IMG/VR virus record: IMGVR_UViG_3300044676_007235 | Coordinates: 1-43,383 of that record | Length of the DNA: 43,383 bases | Source: a virus | Taxonomy: Duplodnaviria > Caudoviricetes | Reading direction: 5' to 3' (one strand) | In this document: in pieces, positions 6,219-17,600 of the stretch | Layout: every line of letters begins with the position of its first letter | Numbering within the stretch: the first letter of the stretch is position 1 | Made by a program: the position numbers and the translations under genes | The notes under the pieces: model-generated | Told to the model about the DNA's origin: nothing | The model's database searches: none | What the model saw: only the letters and a program-made list of their open reading frames with translations

Positions 6219-6479
6219 ATGACTCCCATCACCGTCACAGCAGAAACCCGCATCATCTCAGGCATCATGGATCATGCTTGCGCCAAACTGCAAGACGCCA
6301 TCTGCCTGCTTGTGAGTTGCAATCAACTGGATGACAGCGCCCTAGAGATTGACGAATTCCAAGCAACAGAAATCATCTGCGATTCTATGTACGGGGGTAT
6401 GACTTTAGAAGACTTGCAAGATATGAATAGCAGACAAATCTATCGTATGTGCTATGAAGAACTGAAAGCTGCTATGTGA
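6219..6479 (+). CDS. hypothetical protein
   Basis: 86-aa ORF 16 nt after motif copy 7. Confidence 0.65.
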   Translation: MTPITVTAETRIISGIMDHACAKLQDAICLLVSCNQLDDSALEIDEFQATEIICDSMYGGMTLEDLQDMNSRQIYRMCYEELKAAM

Positions 6480-6489
6480 TACTTAGTGA

Positions 6490-6526
6490 CACGGGGGTTG
6501 ACATCAATCAGTCTCCGTGCTAATAT
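6490..6526 (+). promoter_or_regulatory. sigma70-type promoter embedded in a stem-loop
   Basis: TTGACA(6498-6503), 17 bp, TGcTAATAT(6521-26); CACGGGGGTTGA(6490-6501) pairs with TCAGTCTCCGTG(6508-19) using 3 G-U pairs. Confidence 0.7.
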
Positions 6527-6714
6527 ACAGTTATTATGCGTTATTGCGTTGTTATGTTATGGGGGCGTGATATAATAATTAAGGTACCATCCAACCTACA
6601 GAGGTGACAAAACGCTTTCGATATTCCTCTTCAATAAAAAAAATCCCGCCCATAAAAAATACTCCCAGAAGGTTGAGAGTATTATTGAATATTATTGTAG
6701 GTATTAAGAGTGCA

Positions 6715-6794
6715 TCGGAAGACTAATCAGTTTCTCGGAAATATTTCGATTTATCTTTCTTCGCACCATTCCGAAACATTGATACTAATTCCGA
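6715..6794. repeat. dyad-symmetric array of four TCGGAA hexamers
   Basis: TCGGAA at 6715 and 6735; TTCCGA at 6769 and 6789; same symmetry centre; 20-bp spacing in each arm. Confidence 0.55.
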
Positions 6795-6798
6795 CATT

Positions 6799-6963
6799 AT
6801 GAGAGAACAGTCTGAAAGAAGAAACAAAGTATCACCTTATTGGAACTTTTGGAGAGTTATACTTGCAGGATGGTTAATACGACATCCTGGAAAAATGCTC
6901 AAACCCCTCGGAGTTTTAATAGGGTTTTTAATTGTAATTATATACAATGCACTTACAAGTTAA
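6799..6963 (+). CDS. small membrane protein (54 aa, not in ORF track)
   Basis: MREQSERRNKVSPYWNFWRVILAGWLIRHPGKMLKPLGVLIGFLIVIIYNALTS*. Confidence 0.65.
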   Translation: MREQSERRNKVSPYWNFWRVILAGWLIRHPGKMLKPLGVLIGFLIVIIYNALTS

Positions 6964-7049
6964 GGGGTATCTAAAAAAAATCTCGGAAAAATTTTAATAT
7001 CCTATAGGGGCGCGAAGTCTCGAATAGATAGTAGAGTTATTGGAGGACA

Positions 7050-7241
7050 ATGAACAAAGATAAAGTATATCACATCTATGCAAAGGATACTGTATTGTAT
7101 TCTAATTTAAGTGAGAAACAATTTAATGTTATATGGAGAGATTTAACCCTCATGGTTGGACTCTTAAGAACGGACTACAATGAAAATGATTTGACATATG
7201 AAGAGTTAACCGTACATCACGGATTAGAATCTTCATATTGA
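7050..7241 (+). CDS. hypothetical protein
   Basis: 63 aa; GGAGG RBS. Confidence 0.75.
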   Translation: MNKDKVYHIYAKDTVLYSNLSEKQFNVIWRDLTLMVGLLRTDYNENDLTYEELTVHHGLESSY

Positions 7242-7266
7242 CATTACATACATACACTGTTAAAAT
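7238..7266 (+). promoter_or_regulatory. sigma70-type promoter
   Basis: TTGACA(7238-43), 17 bp, TGtTAAAAT(7261-66). Confidence 0.8.
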
Positions 7267-7289
7267 TGAACTGAAACCACATTAATCAA

Positions 7290-8060
7290 ATGGCAAAAGG
7301 ATTTACCGTAAAGACTGTTGCTCCTCAGAAGCAAAAGAAAGAGGAGTTTGATATTGAAGCGATTAAAGCACGGATGAAAGGTAAGAGTATTGTGTTCTGT
7401 CTACCTGGACGTGGGTGCTCATTCACGTTCTTGAAGAACTTTGTACAACTGTGCTTTGATATGGTACAGAATGGAATGAGTATTCAGATTAGTCAAGACT
7501 ACTCATCAATGGTTAACTTTGCACGTTGTAAGGTATTGGGTGCAAATGTTCTACGTGGGCCAAGTCAAATTCCATGGGATGGTAAGTTGACATATGATTA
7601 CCAACTATGGATTGATAGTGATATTGTCTTTGATAGTAATAAGTTCTGGCAATTGTGTGACATGGCAATTGCAGAAGATGGTAGTGAGAAAGAGATTGCT
7701 GGTGGTTGGTATTGTACTGAAGACGGACGTACTACATCTGTTGCACACTGGTTGGAAGAAGATGACTTCCGTAAGAACGGTGGTGTCATGAATCATGAAA
7801 CACTTGAATCTATTAGTAAGCGTAAGAAGCCTTTTACTGTTGACTATACTGGTTTTGGTTGGGTAATGATTAAGAACGGTGTATTTGAAAAGATGGAATA
7901 TCCTTGGTTTGCACCTAAGATGCAAGTCTTTGAATCTGGTGATGTACAAGATATGTGTGGTGAAGACGTTTCATTCTGTCTTGATGCAAAAGACTTAGGT
8001 TTTGAAATCTGGTGTGATCCTCGCATCCGTGTTGGACATGAAAAGACTCGCGTTATTTGA
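7290..8060 (+). CDS. GT-A fold (family 2-like) glycosyltransferase-like protein
   Basis: DxD motif WIDSDIVF, GFGWVMIK, GEDVSFC, VGHEK. Confidence 0.7.
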   Translation: MAKGFTVKTVAPQKQKKEEFDIEAIKARMKGKSIVFCLPGRGCSFTFLKNFVQLCFDMVQNGMSIQISQDYSSMVNFARCKVLGANVLRGPSQIPWDGKLTYDYQLWIDSDIVFDSNKFWQLCDMAIAEDGSEKEIAGGWYCTEDGRTTSVAHWLEEDDFRKNGGVMNHETLESISKRKKPFTVDYTGFGWVMIKNGVFEKMEYPWFAPKMQVFESGDVQDMCGEDVSFCLDAKDLGFEIWCDPRIRVGHEKTRVI

Positions 8061-8075
8061 TAGGAGATTATTACA

Positions 8076-8210
8076 ATGGCAATGATGAAAAACGGTAATT
8101 ACATTAAAGGTAAACCCAAGAAGACTCGTCAAGGACGTTCACAATATACTCTATTGTCACCAACTTCACGTAATAAAGGTAAAAAACGATATCGGGGGCA
8201 AGGTAAATAG
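8076..8210 (+). CDS. small very basic protein (44 aa, not in ORF track)
   Basis: MAMMKNGNYIKGKPKKTRQG...KGKKRYRGQGK*; AGGAG RBS. Confidence 0.75.
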   Translation: MAMMKNGNYIKGKPKKTRQGRSQYTLLSPTSRNKGKKRYRGQGK

Positions 8211-8231
8211 TGCAGAAGTTACGTTATGTAA

Positions 8232-8930
8232 ATGGCAGCACTTATTTGCAACCTACCATCAACTGAAGTTTGGGTAAGAAAAGAATATCTTACCGATCAT
8301 CAAAGTGGACATGGGGAATTTGTAAAGGGCGTTTGGGTATCGGCTAAGTCGATTCCTGGACGCGCTTTTTATTTTGAGACATACTTACCAGAATATGCGG
8401 CAATGTATGATAAATTGCCTATCAGTGCTTTTGTAAGTAATCCAGAGACACCAACTCCTGATATGGACTTACCTAACTTACAGTTTTGGAACTGTATGGA
8501 CTATGGTGTAGTTGCTGTTCAGAAACAATTCGTTGGTTCCATGGACTATGAACTGTATACAAGAGACTTTGGTATTCAAAAAGGTACATACATCTGTACA
8601 TTAGATAACTATCATCAAGATCCTGACGTAGTTGACTATGCAACAAGTGAAAATCCAGCAGAACATAAGTCACATAACTTGATTGGGTTGGAAAATGGAC
8701 AGTATGCACTGTATCCAAACAATAGAATGCGTATTTTTGACAACAGTTTAACACCTGTTGAACCAAAAATGCCTGATTTTAAAGTTTCAACTCAGTATTA
8801 TAGTGTTGAAAATGGTTATGAACGTCTTGGAATGGGTAGGGAGGATGAATATTTTTGGAAAACTGCAAAAGAGCGTGAATCTATTGAATTAAATAGTGAT
8901 ACAACAGACAAAGAAACCCCTAATTTTTAA
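8232..8930 (+). CDS. cyanophage-type conserved hypothetical protein
   Basis: 232 aa; VWVRKEYL, LQFWNC, EHKSHN, ALYPNNRMR; TAAATA at 8204-8209 upstream. Confidence 0.8.
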   Translation: MAALICNLPSTEVWVRKEYLTDHQSGHGEFVKGVWVSAKSIPGRAFYFETYLPEYAAMYDKLPISAFVSNPETPTPDMDLPNLQFWNCMDYGVVAVQKQFVGSMDYELYTRDFGIQKGTYICTLDNYHQDPDVVDYATSENPAEHKSHNLIGLENGQYALYPNNRMRIFDNSLTPVEPKMPDFKVSTQYYSVENGYERLGMGREDEYFWKTAKERESIELNSDTTDKETPNF

Positions 8931-8932
8931 AA

Positions 8933-9103
8933 ATGACAGATTTTTTAGACAACTTAGCTAATGATCAGCATCAGAAGATGCTTCGTGAAATTTCAAACGA
9001 CGAAAAAACTCCCAAAAAACGCGATTCGCTTGAAGAGAGTGAACTTTTTATAGTCGATGAAGTGATTTCTCAGAGCGAACCAATGACACTCAACGAATTT
9101 TAA
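8933..9103 (+). CDS. hypothetical protein (56 aa, not in ORF track)
   Basis: MTDFLDNLANDQHQKMLREISNDEKTPKKR...MTLNEF*. Confidence 0.65.
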   Translation: MTDFLDNLANDQHQKMLREISNDEKTPKKRDSLEESELFIVDEVISQSEPMTLNEF

Positions 9104-9134
9104 AAAGAGCGTGAAAATCTTGAAGAGAAAGAGT

Positions 9135-9141
9135 CTAAATA
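9135..9141 (+). promoter_or_regulatory. late-promoter-like motif
   Basis: CTAAATA upstream of gp25. Confidence 0.55.
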
Positions 9142-9161
9142 AGGTAGAATTGTAGTGTTTA

Positions 9162-9563
9162 ATGCCCGTCCAGCGTGTCAGTAAGTCGTTTAAAGATGTT
9201 TCGATGTCTTTTACAATCAATCCTTTGACTAGTGATTTGATTGCACTCAAAAATGAGAGCGCGATCGCACGTTCTATTCGTAATCTCATTCTCACCGAAA
9301 GAGGAGAGAGGTTTTTCAACAACAATTTAGGTTCAAGAGTTAACTCTATATTGTTTGAGAGTCTTGATTACATTACCGCATCGTCCATTAAGGATGAAAT
9401 TCGGACAACAATTGAGATTTTTGAACCCAGAGTTGAATTACTTGATGTCGATTGTATTCCAAACTTCGACTCAAATGAATTGAATGTGACAATTAGGTAC
9501 AATATCATTGGTATTGAAGCACAACCACAACAATTATCGTTCGTATTGCAACCCACACGATAA
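9162..9563 (+). CDS. gp25: baseplate wedge subunit
   Basis: AIARSIRNLILTERGERFFN...FEPRVEL (GPW/gp25 pattern); precedes gp6. Confidence 0.92.
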   Translation: MPVQRVSKSFKDVSMSFTINPLTSDLIALKNESAIARSIRNLILTERGERFFNNNLGSRVNSILFESLDYITASSIKDEIRTTIEIFEPRVELLDVDCIPNFDSNELNVTIRYNIIGIEAQPQQLSFVLQPTR

Positions 9564-11602
9564 TGCCACTAGTTAATTTTGCTAACTTAGACTTCGATCA
9601 GATAAAAACATCGATTGTAGACTACCTTAGATCCAACTCAAACTTCACTGACTATGATTTTGAGGGCTCTAATCTGTCTCAAATAGTTGATGTGCTGGCG
9701 TATAACACGTATATAACCTCATATAATGCCAATATGGTATCTAATGAGGTGTTTCTGGATTCAGCGACGCTCAGGGAGAACGTCGTGTCTCTGGCGAGGA
9801 ATATTGGATATGTGCCAAGAAGCAAAAAAGCAGCGAGAGCAAATGTTAGTTTCTCGCTAGATACGACAGAATATACTAATTTACCAGAAAATGTAACTTT
9901 GAACAGTGGTACAGTTGTTTCAACGTCATCATTCAGAAAAGAGAATTTTGTTTTCTCTATTCTGGATGATATTACTGTTCCAGTATTAGATAATATAGCA
10001 TTGTTTGATAACGTAGATGTCTATGAAGGGACATATGTTACAACAAACTTTACTGTTAACTCTCTACAACCAAATCAAAGGTTCATCATTCCCAATTCTA
10101 GAGTCGATGTCTCAACAATTAGAGTTCTAATCAAACCAAACCAGAACTCTGATATTAATCGTAAGTATACACAAGCGAGTAGTTTGTTCAATGTAACTTC
10201 CGAATCTCCTGTTTATTGGGTTCAAGAGGTTGAAGATGAGAGATATGAACTTATTTTTGGTGATGGTGTCTTTGGGCATAAACTAGAAGATTCAAATTAT
10301 ATTCAAGTCAGTTATCTGATTACCAATGGCGAAGATGGAAATGGAATCGATAATTTTGATTTCATTGGTAAACTGACATCATCCAGAGAAGCGACTGCAC
10401 TTTCGTCTGGAATCTCCTTTGTTACGACAAATACAACCGCATTTGGTGGCGCATCGATTGAAAGTGTAGAGTCAGTTAAAAAATATGCAGCACAAATTTA
10501 TGCATCACAACACAGAGCAGTCACTGCTGGCGATTATGAAACTTTAATTCCAAGCATTTATGCAGAGACTGAATCTGTATCTGCATTTGGTGGGGAGGAG
10601 TTATCTCCACCTCAATTTGGTAAGGTTTATATTAGTATCAAACCTATCAATGGTACGTACTTATCAAACGCTATTAAGGATAATATTAAAACAAATCTTA
10701 AACAGTATTCGGTTGCAGGAATCATTCCTGAGATTATTGATTTGAAGTATTTGTATATTGAAGCAGATATCAATGCATACTTCAATAGCAACCTGGCTAA
10801 GTCCGCTAACGCTGTCACAAGCGTCATAAGCAACAATGTGGAGCAATATGCCAACTCAAGTGAATTAAACAAATTTGGAGCAAGATTCAAGTATTCTAAG
10901 TTCCTTAAGATGATTGATGATAGTAATCGAGCGATTACTTCAAACATCACATCTGTTGTGATGAGAAGGGATATGCGAGCGGCATTAAATAGTTTTGCCG
11001 AATATGAAATTTGTTTTGGTAACCGTTTTTACATTAAAAATCATGGACATGGAACTTATGGTGGAGAGATTGGTTACAACATTAAATCCTCTGGATTTAC
11101 TGTAAGTGGAATCCCTGGAGTTGTATATTTAAAGGATACGCCAAATAATTCATTGGCAGATGGAGTAGTAGATTTGATACGTCTTGAGTCTCCAACTGAA
11201 GCAACTGTAGTCAGGAAAAATGTTGGAACGATTGATTACTTAAAAGGTGAAATCAAACTCAAACCAATCAATATCACATCCACACTTTTGAACAGAGGAT
11301 TCCCTCTCATTGAAATTTCCGCTGTTCCTTATTCAAATGATGTTATCGGATTACAGGATCTTTATTTGCAACTAGATATTAATGGCACAACGGTTGAGTC
11401 AATTCCTGACAGAATTGCTTCTGGTAATGATATATCAGGTTCCAACTACATTGTTTCACCAAGTTTCTCAAATGGAAGTTTAGTACGTGGAGAAATTGTA
11501 GCAAGAAATGGTTTTAGCGGAACCACCACAAGTGTCCAAAGTGGTTCATATGGCAGCACATCATCAACATCTACCAGTCCATCCAGTGGCTCTTCCTATT
11601 AA
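9563..11602 (+). CDS. gp6: baseplate wedge subunit
   Basis: LDFDQIK..FTDYDFEGSNLS..FLDSATLRENVVSLARNIGY; FGDGVFG; RAVTAGDYE. Confidence 0.95.
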   Translation: MPLVNFANLDFDQIKTSIVDYLRSNSNFTDYDFEGSNLSQIVDVLAYNTYITSYNANMVSNEVFLDSATLRENVVSLARNIGYVPRSKKAARANVSFSLDTTEYTNLPENVTLNSGTVVSTSSFRKENFVFSILDDITVPVLDNIALFDNVDVYEGTYVTTNFTVNSLQPNQRFIIPNSRVDVSTIRVLIKPNQNSDINRKYTQASSLFNVTSESPVYWVQEVEDERYELIFGDGVFGHKLEDSNYIQVSYLITNGEDGNGIDNFDFIGKLTSSREATALSSGISFVTTNTTAFGGASIESVESVKKYAAQIYASQHRAVTAGDYETLIPSIYAETESVSAFGGEELSPPQFGKVYISIKPINGTYLSNAIKDNIKTNLKQYSVAGIIPEIIDLKYLYIEADINAYFNSNLAKSANAVTSVISNNVEQYANSSELNKFGARFKYSKFLKMIDDSNRAITSNITSVVMRRDMRAALNSFAEYEICFGNRFYIKNHGHGTYGGEIGYNIKSSGFTVSGIPGVVYLKDTPNNSLADGVVDLIRLESPTEATVVRKNVGTIDYLKGEIKLKPINITSTLLNRGFPLIEISAVPYSNDVIGLQDLYLQLDINGTTVESIPDRIASGNDISGSNYIVSPSFSNGSLVRGEIVARNGFSGTTTSVQSGSYGSTSSTSTSPSSGSSY

Positions 11603-11611
11603 TAGAGTAAA

Positions 11612-14600
11612 ATGATATCAACAGATTCAAAGAGAGTACAACTTCAGGATATTGTCGAACATCAGCTCCCTGCTTATGTTAGAGACGACTTCCCACTTAT
11701 TGTTGATTTTTTAAAACAATATTACATAGGACAAGAATATCCAGGAGCTCCTGTTGATTTAATACAGAATATCGATCTGTATTTAAAACTTGAGACTTTG
11801 ACATCCAATGCGGAGTCAACAGAACTTTCTTCTAATGTCAGTCTTGGCGATACTACCATTTCTGTGTCGTATGATGTTAATAGTGGTATTTTAGGAACCA
11901 CAGATTTTCCAGAAAAGTATGGATTGATTCAAATTAATGATGAGGTTATCCTCTATACCGATAAAACCAGAAATACTTTCACTGGTTGTATTAGAGGATT
12001 TAGTGGAATTACTGATTACAGCAGTCTGACTGCAACAGATAAACTTACATTTTCAAATACAAATGGTGCTGCACACACTCAGGGAACAAAAGTAATCAAC
12101 CTGAGTGCGTTGTTGTTTGCAGAGTTTCTCAAGAAAATTAAAACACAGTTCACTCCAGGGTTTGATGAGAGAGAACTAAGTGGCGATGTAAACGAAAGAC
12201 TGTTTGTTAGTAGAGCGAAAGACTTTTATCAATCAAAAGGAACAGATGAATCATTTAAGATTCTGTTCCATGCACTTTATGGTGAGGACGTAGAGGTTCT
12301 CAAACCTCAAGACTTTCTTTTCAAACCCTCAGATGCACAATACAGAGTTACAAAGGACATCGTTGTCGAAGCAATTTCTGGCGATCCTTTAAACATCAAG
12401 AACCAAACTCTCTTCCAAGATGAGTTTGATGATTATAATATTTCTAAAGCATATGCATCAATTACTGATGTAGAAAAACTTCTTCGTGATGGCAGAGAGT
12501 TTTACAAGTTAAGTGTTGACTTTGACTATTCAAAAGATATTACTTTTGATGGAAGTGTTCTAGGAGAGTTCTCAGTTCATCCTTTTTCAAAAATAATTAC
12601 CAAAGTATCTGCAGGTTCTTCAATCATCGATGTTGATTCGACGATTGGGTTCCCCAAAAGTGGTGAACTGGTTGTAAAGTATACTGATGGTACCACTGGT
12701 ATCATGACGTACAGAGATAAGTCAATCAACCAATTCTTCTCTGTTGGTGTTGCCAATACAACTACAATTGGATTAACCAAAGAAATCGACTCTACTGAGA
12801 GTGTCAGACTCAATACCGTCGCGTATAGTTATGTTGGTGTCGGAACTGCAAATAAAGTCACAATGAGAATTGGTTCTGTTCTGGCAGAACCTGTAATTGA
12901 GGGATCAACATATTACTTCAGCAAGAACGATACTGGTGGAATCAAATCTCTTGGTATTACTGCTAGGGGTGCTAAGGCAGAAAGTTTCCTTTATAACGTT
13001 GCAACTGAACTACAAGTAGAAAAAATTGAAATCTCTGATAAATCCGTACCTTCATACACCGTTAAGACATATTCTGCACATAGATTTAAAGTTGGTGATA
13101 GTATTAGTCTAGTTTCCTCAGAGGGTTCTTCTGACGGCACTGTTACATCTATTGTCGATGAGACTTCTTTTATTACCGCAGGACAAGGAACACTGACTGG
13201 TTCTGCATACACAGTCAGAAGAAATCTTCTGAAGGGCGATATCGATACTACTCTGTCTGATTATTACTATGCAGAGAACATCTTTACTGATGTTCAAAAT
13301 ACTTATGCAAGATTTAATCAGGACTTACTAGTAGCATCTACATCCGTTCCAAGGTATTATGACACTCCTCTTGACTTTTATGATAGGAAAGTCAAATTGG
13401 ATGGTTCATACAATGGAGAAATTTTCACCGTATCTGTTAATGATCATGGATATCAAACTGGAGACTCAGTTTACTATGAAAAGTATAAGTTTACTGCAGA
13501 TTTTGGTTATACTGTAGAAAGTGGATTTGATATTGAAGAGGGTGTTTATTATGTAAAACGTGTTAATGACACTCAGTTCAAGTTATCCACAAGTCAAGCA
13601 AATCTCTATAATGATTCTTTTGTCTCTGTTTCTGGTATTGTAACTGCAAACTCTCTTACTGATAGTAGATTCCAAGGAAAGAGTCTTGAGAACCAAAAGC
13701 TCTTAAGAGAGGTTATTGCTCCCACTAATGAAAGTAATCCCGTATCTACAGAAGCAGGGAAGACGGGCATTCTCATTAATGGGGTTGAAATTCTCAACTA
13801 TAAGTCAAATAATGCTGTTTACTATGGTACTATTGATGATATAACAGTGACATCTAAGGGTAGTGGATATGATATTATCAATCCCCCCCATGTTAACATT
13901 TCCGATTCTGTTGGAACTGGAGCAACTGCTACAGCAGCAGTTATTGGTTCTCTGAATAGAATTGAAATCCTAGATTCTGGATTTGATTATGTCGAAACTC
14001 CTGTTGTTACCATTTCTGGTGGTAATGGTTTAGGTGCAAAAGCATATGCAAATACTAAGATAATTGATTATGCAGTTTCCTTCAACTCAGAGGATAATGC
14101 AAAAGTTTCTACTTCAGACAACAGTATTGGATTCTCAACATTCCATAAGTTTAGAAATGGTGAAAGAGTCACTTATAGAACTGATGGACAAAAAGCAGTT
14201 GGTGGTATCTCCACAGATGCACAGTATTATGTTCAAACCACTGATGCATCCACAATCAAACTGTATAAAGATGAAGGGGATGCTCTAGTTGGACTTAATA
14301 CTGTTTCTCTCAGTAGTCTAGGTATTGGTGTACAGAGACTTGAGACGGTTGCTAAGAAAACAATTGTATCAAATATTATTGTTGAGGATTCTGGTTCTGG
14401 ATATCAATCTAAAGCAAGAACCACATCAACTGCAGGAATTAATACTGCATTAAATCAAATCAACATTACCAATCACGGATACAAGTCTGAAGAACTGGTT
14501 AGAATTTCTTCTTCAGGTACCGTAGTGGGTGGTTTGAATGAGTCAACTTCCTACTATGTCACTATTGTTGATGGTGACAACTTTAAGTTGTCTTCAGTTG

Positions 14601-17600
14601 GTTTAGGAACCACAGCAGCAAACTTCTATTATAACACCAAGCAATATATTGATTTAACATCAACAGGTTCTGGAACTCATACTTTCAACTATGAGCCAAT
14701 CGTTGTAACTGTGTCTGGTAAAATTGGAGTTACTACTTTTAGTGGACAAGACTTCAATGCATTGATTCAACCAGTATTCAGAGGAGAAATTGATTCTATT
14801 CAAGTAAATGATGGTGGTGTTGGATATGGTGCGTCTACTATTATTGGGTATAATAGACAACCTATATTCACAATCTCCAGCGGTTCTGGTGCTGAACTGC
14901 TCCCTATTGTTAACAACGGAAGAATCCAAGAAGTTATTGTTACCAACTCTGGCAGTGGATATAATTCTACTCCTAATATTGAAGTTTTTGGAACAGGTAA
15001 GTATTGTGTACTTGTCCCCGTAGTAACCAACGGAAGAATCACTGATGTTAAAGTTGCTAACGCTGGTGCGGGTTACGAGAATAAAACCAGAGCGGTTGTA
15101 ATTGCTAGTGGTTCTAATGCAAGACTTGAAGCAGAAATTCAGAAATGGACAGTCAATCTGTTCGAGAAGTATTACAATATTTTATCAGACGATGACGGTA
15201 TATTAACATCCTCTATGAATGAGGAATATGGAATCCAATATTCTCATCTTTATGCGCCTAGAAAACTCAGACAATCTGTCTTTAGTAAAATTCAAGGTAA
15301 TGATATTAAATATGGTGTCTTTGATCTAACAGTTCAGAATGGTGAAGAGATTGCATCTAAGTTTCACTCACCAATTATTGGTTGGGCATATGACGGAAAC
15401 CCAATCTATGGCCCATATGGATTCTCTACAAATTCTGGTGGTGTTGTCACTGCAATGAAATCTGGTTATGAAAAAATTCAAAGGGCAAATCATCCTGACT
15501 CATTTGACTTAGGATTTTTTGTTGAAGACTATCAGTTTACTAATGCAGGTGATTTAGATGAGCACAATGGAAGATTCTGCATTACTCCAGAATATCCAAA
15601 CGGTGTCTATGCATATTTTGCAACTATCAACCCAACAAATACTGAAGGAGTTGGTGCATTCCAAGGTTTTAGAAAACCACAGTTCCCATATTTAATTGGT
15701 AACTCCTATAAGTCTAAACCAAATCCATTCAACTTTGCATTAACTTCTAATCAAAGAGATTATGACTTGAATTCTTCTGACTGGTTTAGAAATACTACAC
15801 CATACAGTCTAACTGAAACAACCGTCAATTATAACTTCCTTTATGAACCAAACAAAGTTAGAAATCAAACTGTTAACATTGTTTCAGTTTCCACTGGTTC
15901 AATTGATAACATTGGTATCGTAACAGGAGGCAAGAGTTATCAAGTTGGAGATAAAATTACTTTTGAAGGTAAGTCACCTGCTAAGGCAAGAGTCAGTAAG
16001 GTTTCTGGTATCTCAGTAGATACTATTACATCATCCTCCACTACGGTTTCTCCTCTAGAGATTATTCCTTCAGGTGGTGCAGGTGTGTATGTTGCATTTG
16101 CAGCGACTCCACACAACCTTACCAATAAAAACTTAGTTTCTCTTGCAGGTTTCAATACTTCTATCGGCATTCTGCAAGGCAGTTTTATCGCTGGTGTTTC
16201 TAGTGATAAGTATAGTCTCAGTTCTGCAGTTGGAAACGCCACTGCAACGGGCATTGTTACTTACTTCAGCATCGGTGGTAATCTCTCTAGCATCTACGAA
16301 AATGATATTTTTGAACTTGGTTCAGAAAAAGTTAAAGTTCTGAATGTCGAAATCGATAATTCTAGAGTCAGGGTATTACGTTCTGTAGAGGGAACTGTGT
16401 CAGCAGCACACACTGCAACCTCAGTTCTGAGTGAAGTTCCTAGAAGATTTTCCATTCAATCATCTCCGGAACTTGACATTGCATTTGAACTGAACAAAGA
16501 ACTGTATTTTAATCCTGGCGAAGCTCTTGGTGTTGGAACTATCGCTGGTGTTGGTATTGGAAATACTGTTTTCTTCTCTAACCCTGGTGCTGGTATTACT
16601 CAAAAGTATGTTCAAACCAGAAACATCTACCTACCTAAGCATGAATTTAAGACTGGTGATGAGGTTAAGTATGCTGCAAATGGAGGGCTCTCTATTCAAG
16701 TTGCAACAGATCCTACTGGAGTAACTACTTTCAGATTTGGCGAAGATACTCCTGTTTTTATTGCTAAGATTTCAGACGACTTAATTGGTATTGCTACTGT
16801 CAAAGTTGGACTTGGTAGCACAGGAACGTTTACTGGAGTTGCAAATACGACAGCATCTACAGAACTTCTATACTTCACTGGAATAGGAACTGGTGTACAA
16901 CATAGTTTTACTACAGTTAAGACAAACGTCGTAACTTGTGAGGCAACAAGAAATGTTGTCACAGTTTCTACTGCATCAACACATGCACTTGAGATTGCAG
17001 ATACCATAGATGTCAATGTCGATGTAGGAACAACTCAGACAATCACTGTTAAGTATGATGACTTCAACAGAAGGATTGTATTCAATCCCAAGACATTTAT
17101 TGCAGGAAATGTAGATACTACTGAAAACACTGTCACCATTTCCGATCATGGGTACAGAAATGGTGACAAAGTAATTCATACGGCAACTACACCCTCAGGT
17201 GGATTAGTTGATGAAAGAATTTACTATGTCCGTAGATTTACTAAAGACAAGGTTAAATTCTGCACCAGCAGACATGAAGCACTTAAGTTCAATCCTGTCT
17301 TTGTAGATATCACTTCAACATCTGCAGGAACTCTTTCTGCAATCAATCCTCGTGTTGATGCATATGAAGGTAGTACTGTCAAATTTGATTTATCAGATTC
17401 TTCACTGTCCTCACTGAATGGTGCAACCCTTTATTCTGCCTTTGACTTCGATATCTACAATGATAAAACTCTCTCTAATGTATTTGACTCTACTGGAACT
17501 TCAGGCAAGTTTGAAGTAACTAAAATTGGTAATATTGGTATTGATGCTAATGCAGCACTCAATCTAATCATTAACAAGTTTGTTCCTACCGAACTATATT

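Noticed and set aside
5208-7049. tRNA genes in the non-coding stretches
   Set aside because: No cloverleaf or T-loop GTTCRA pattern with matching stems found by eye; tRNAscan-SE would settle it.
9261-9268. HIP1 octamer GCGATCGC in gp25
   Set aside because: Single copy in coding sequence; no enrichment.
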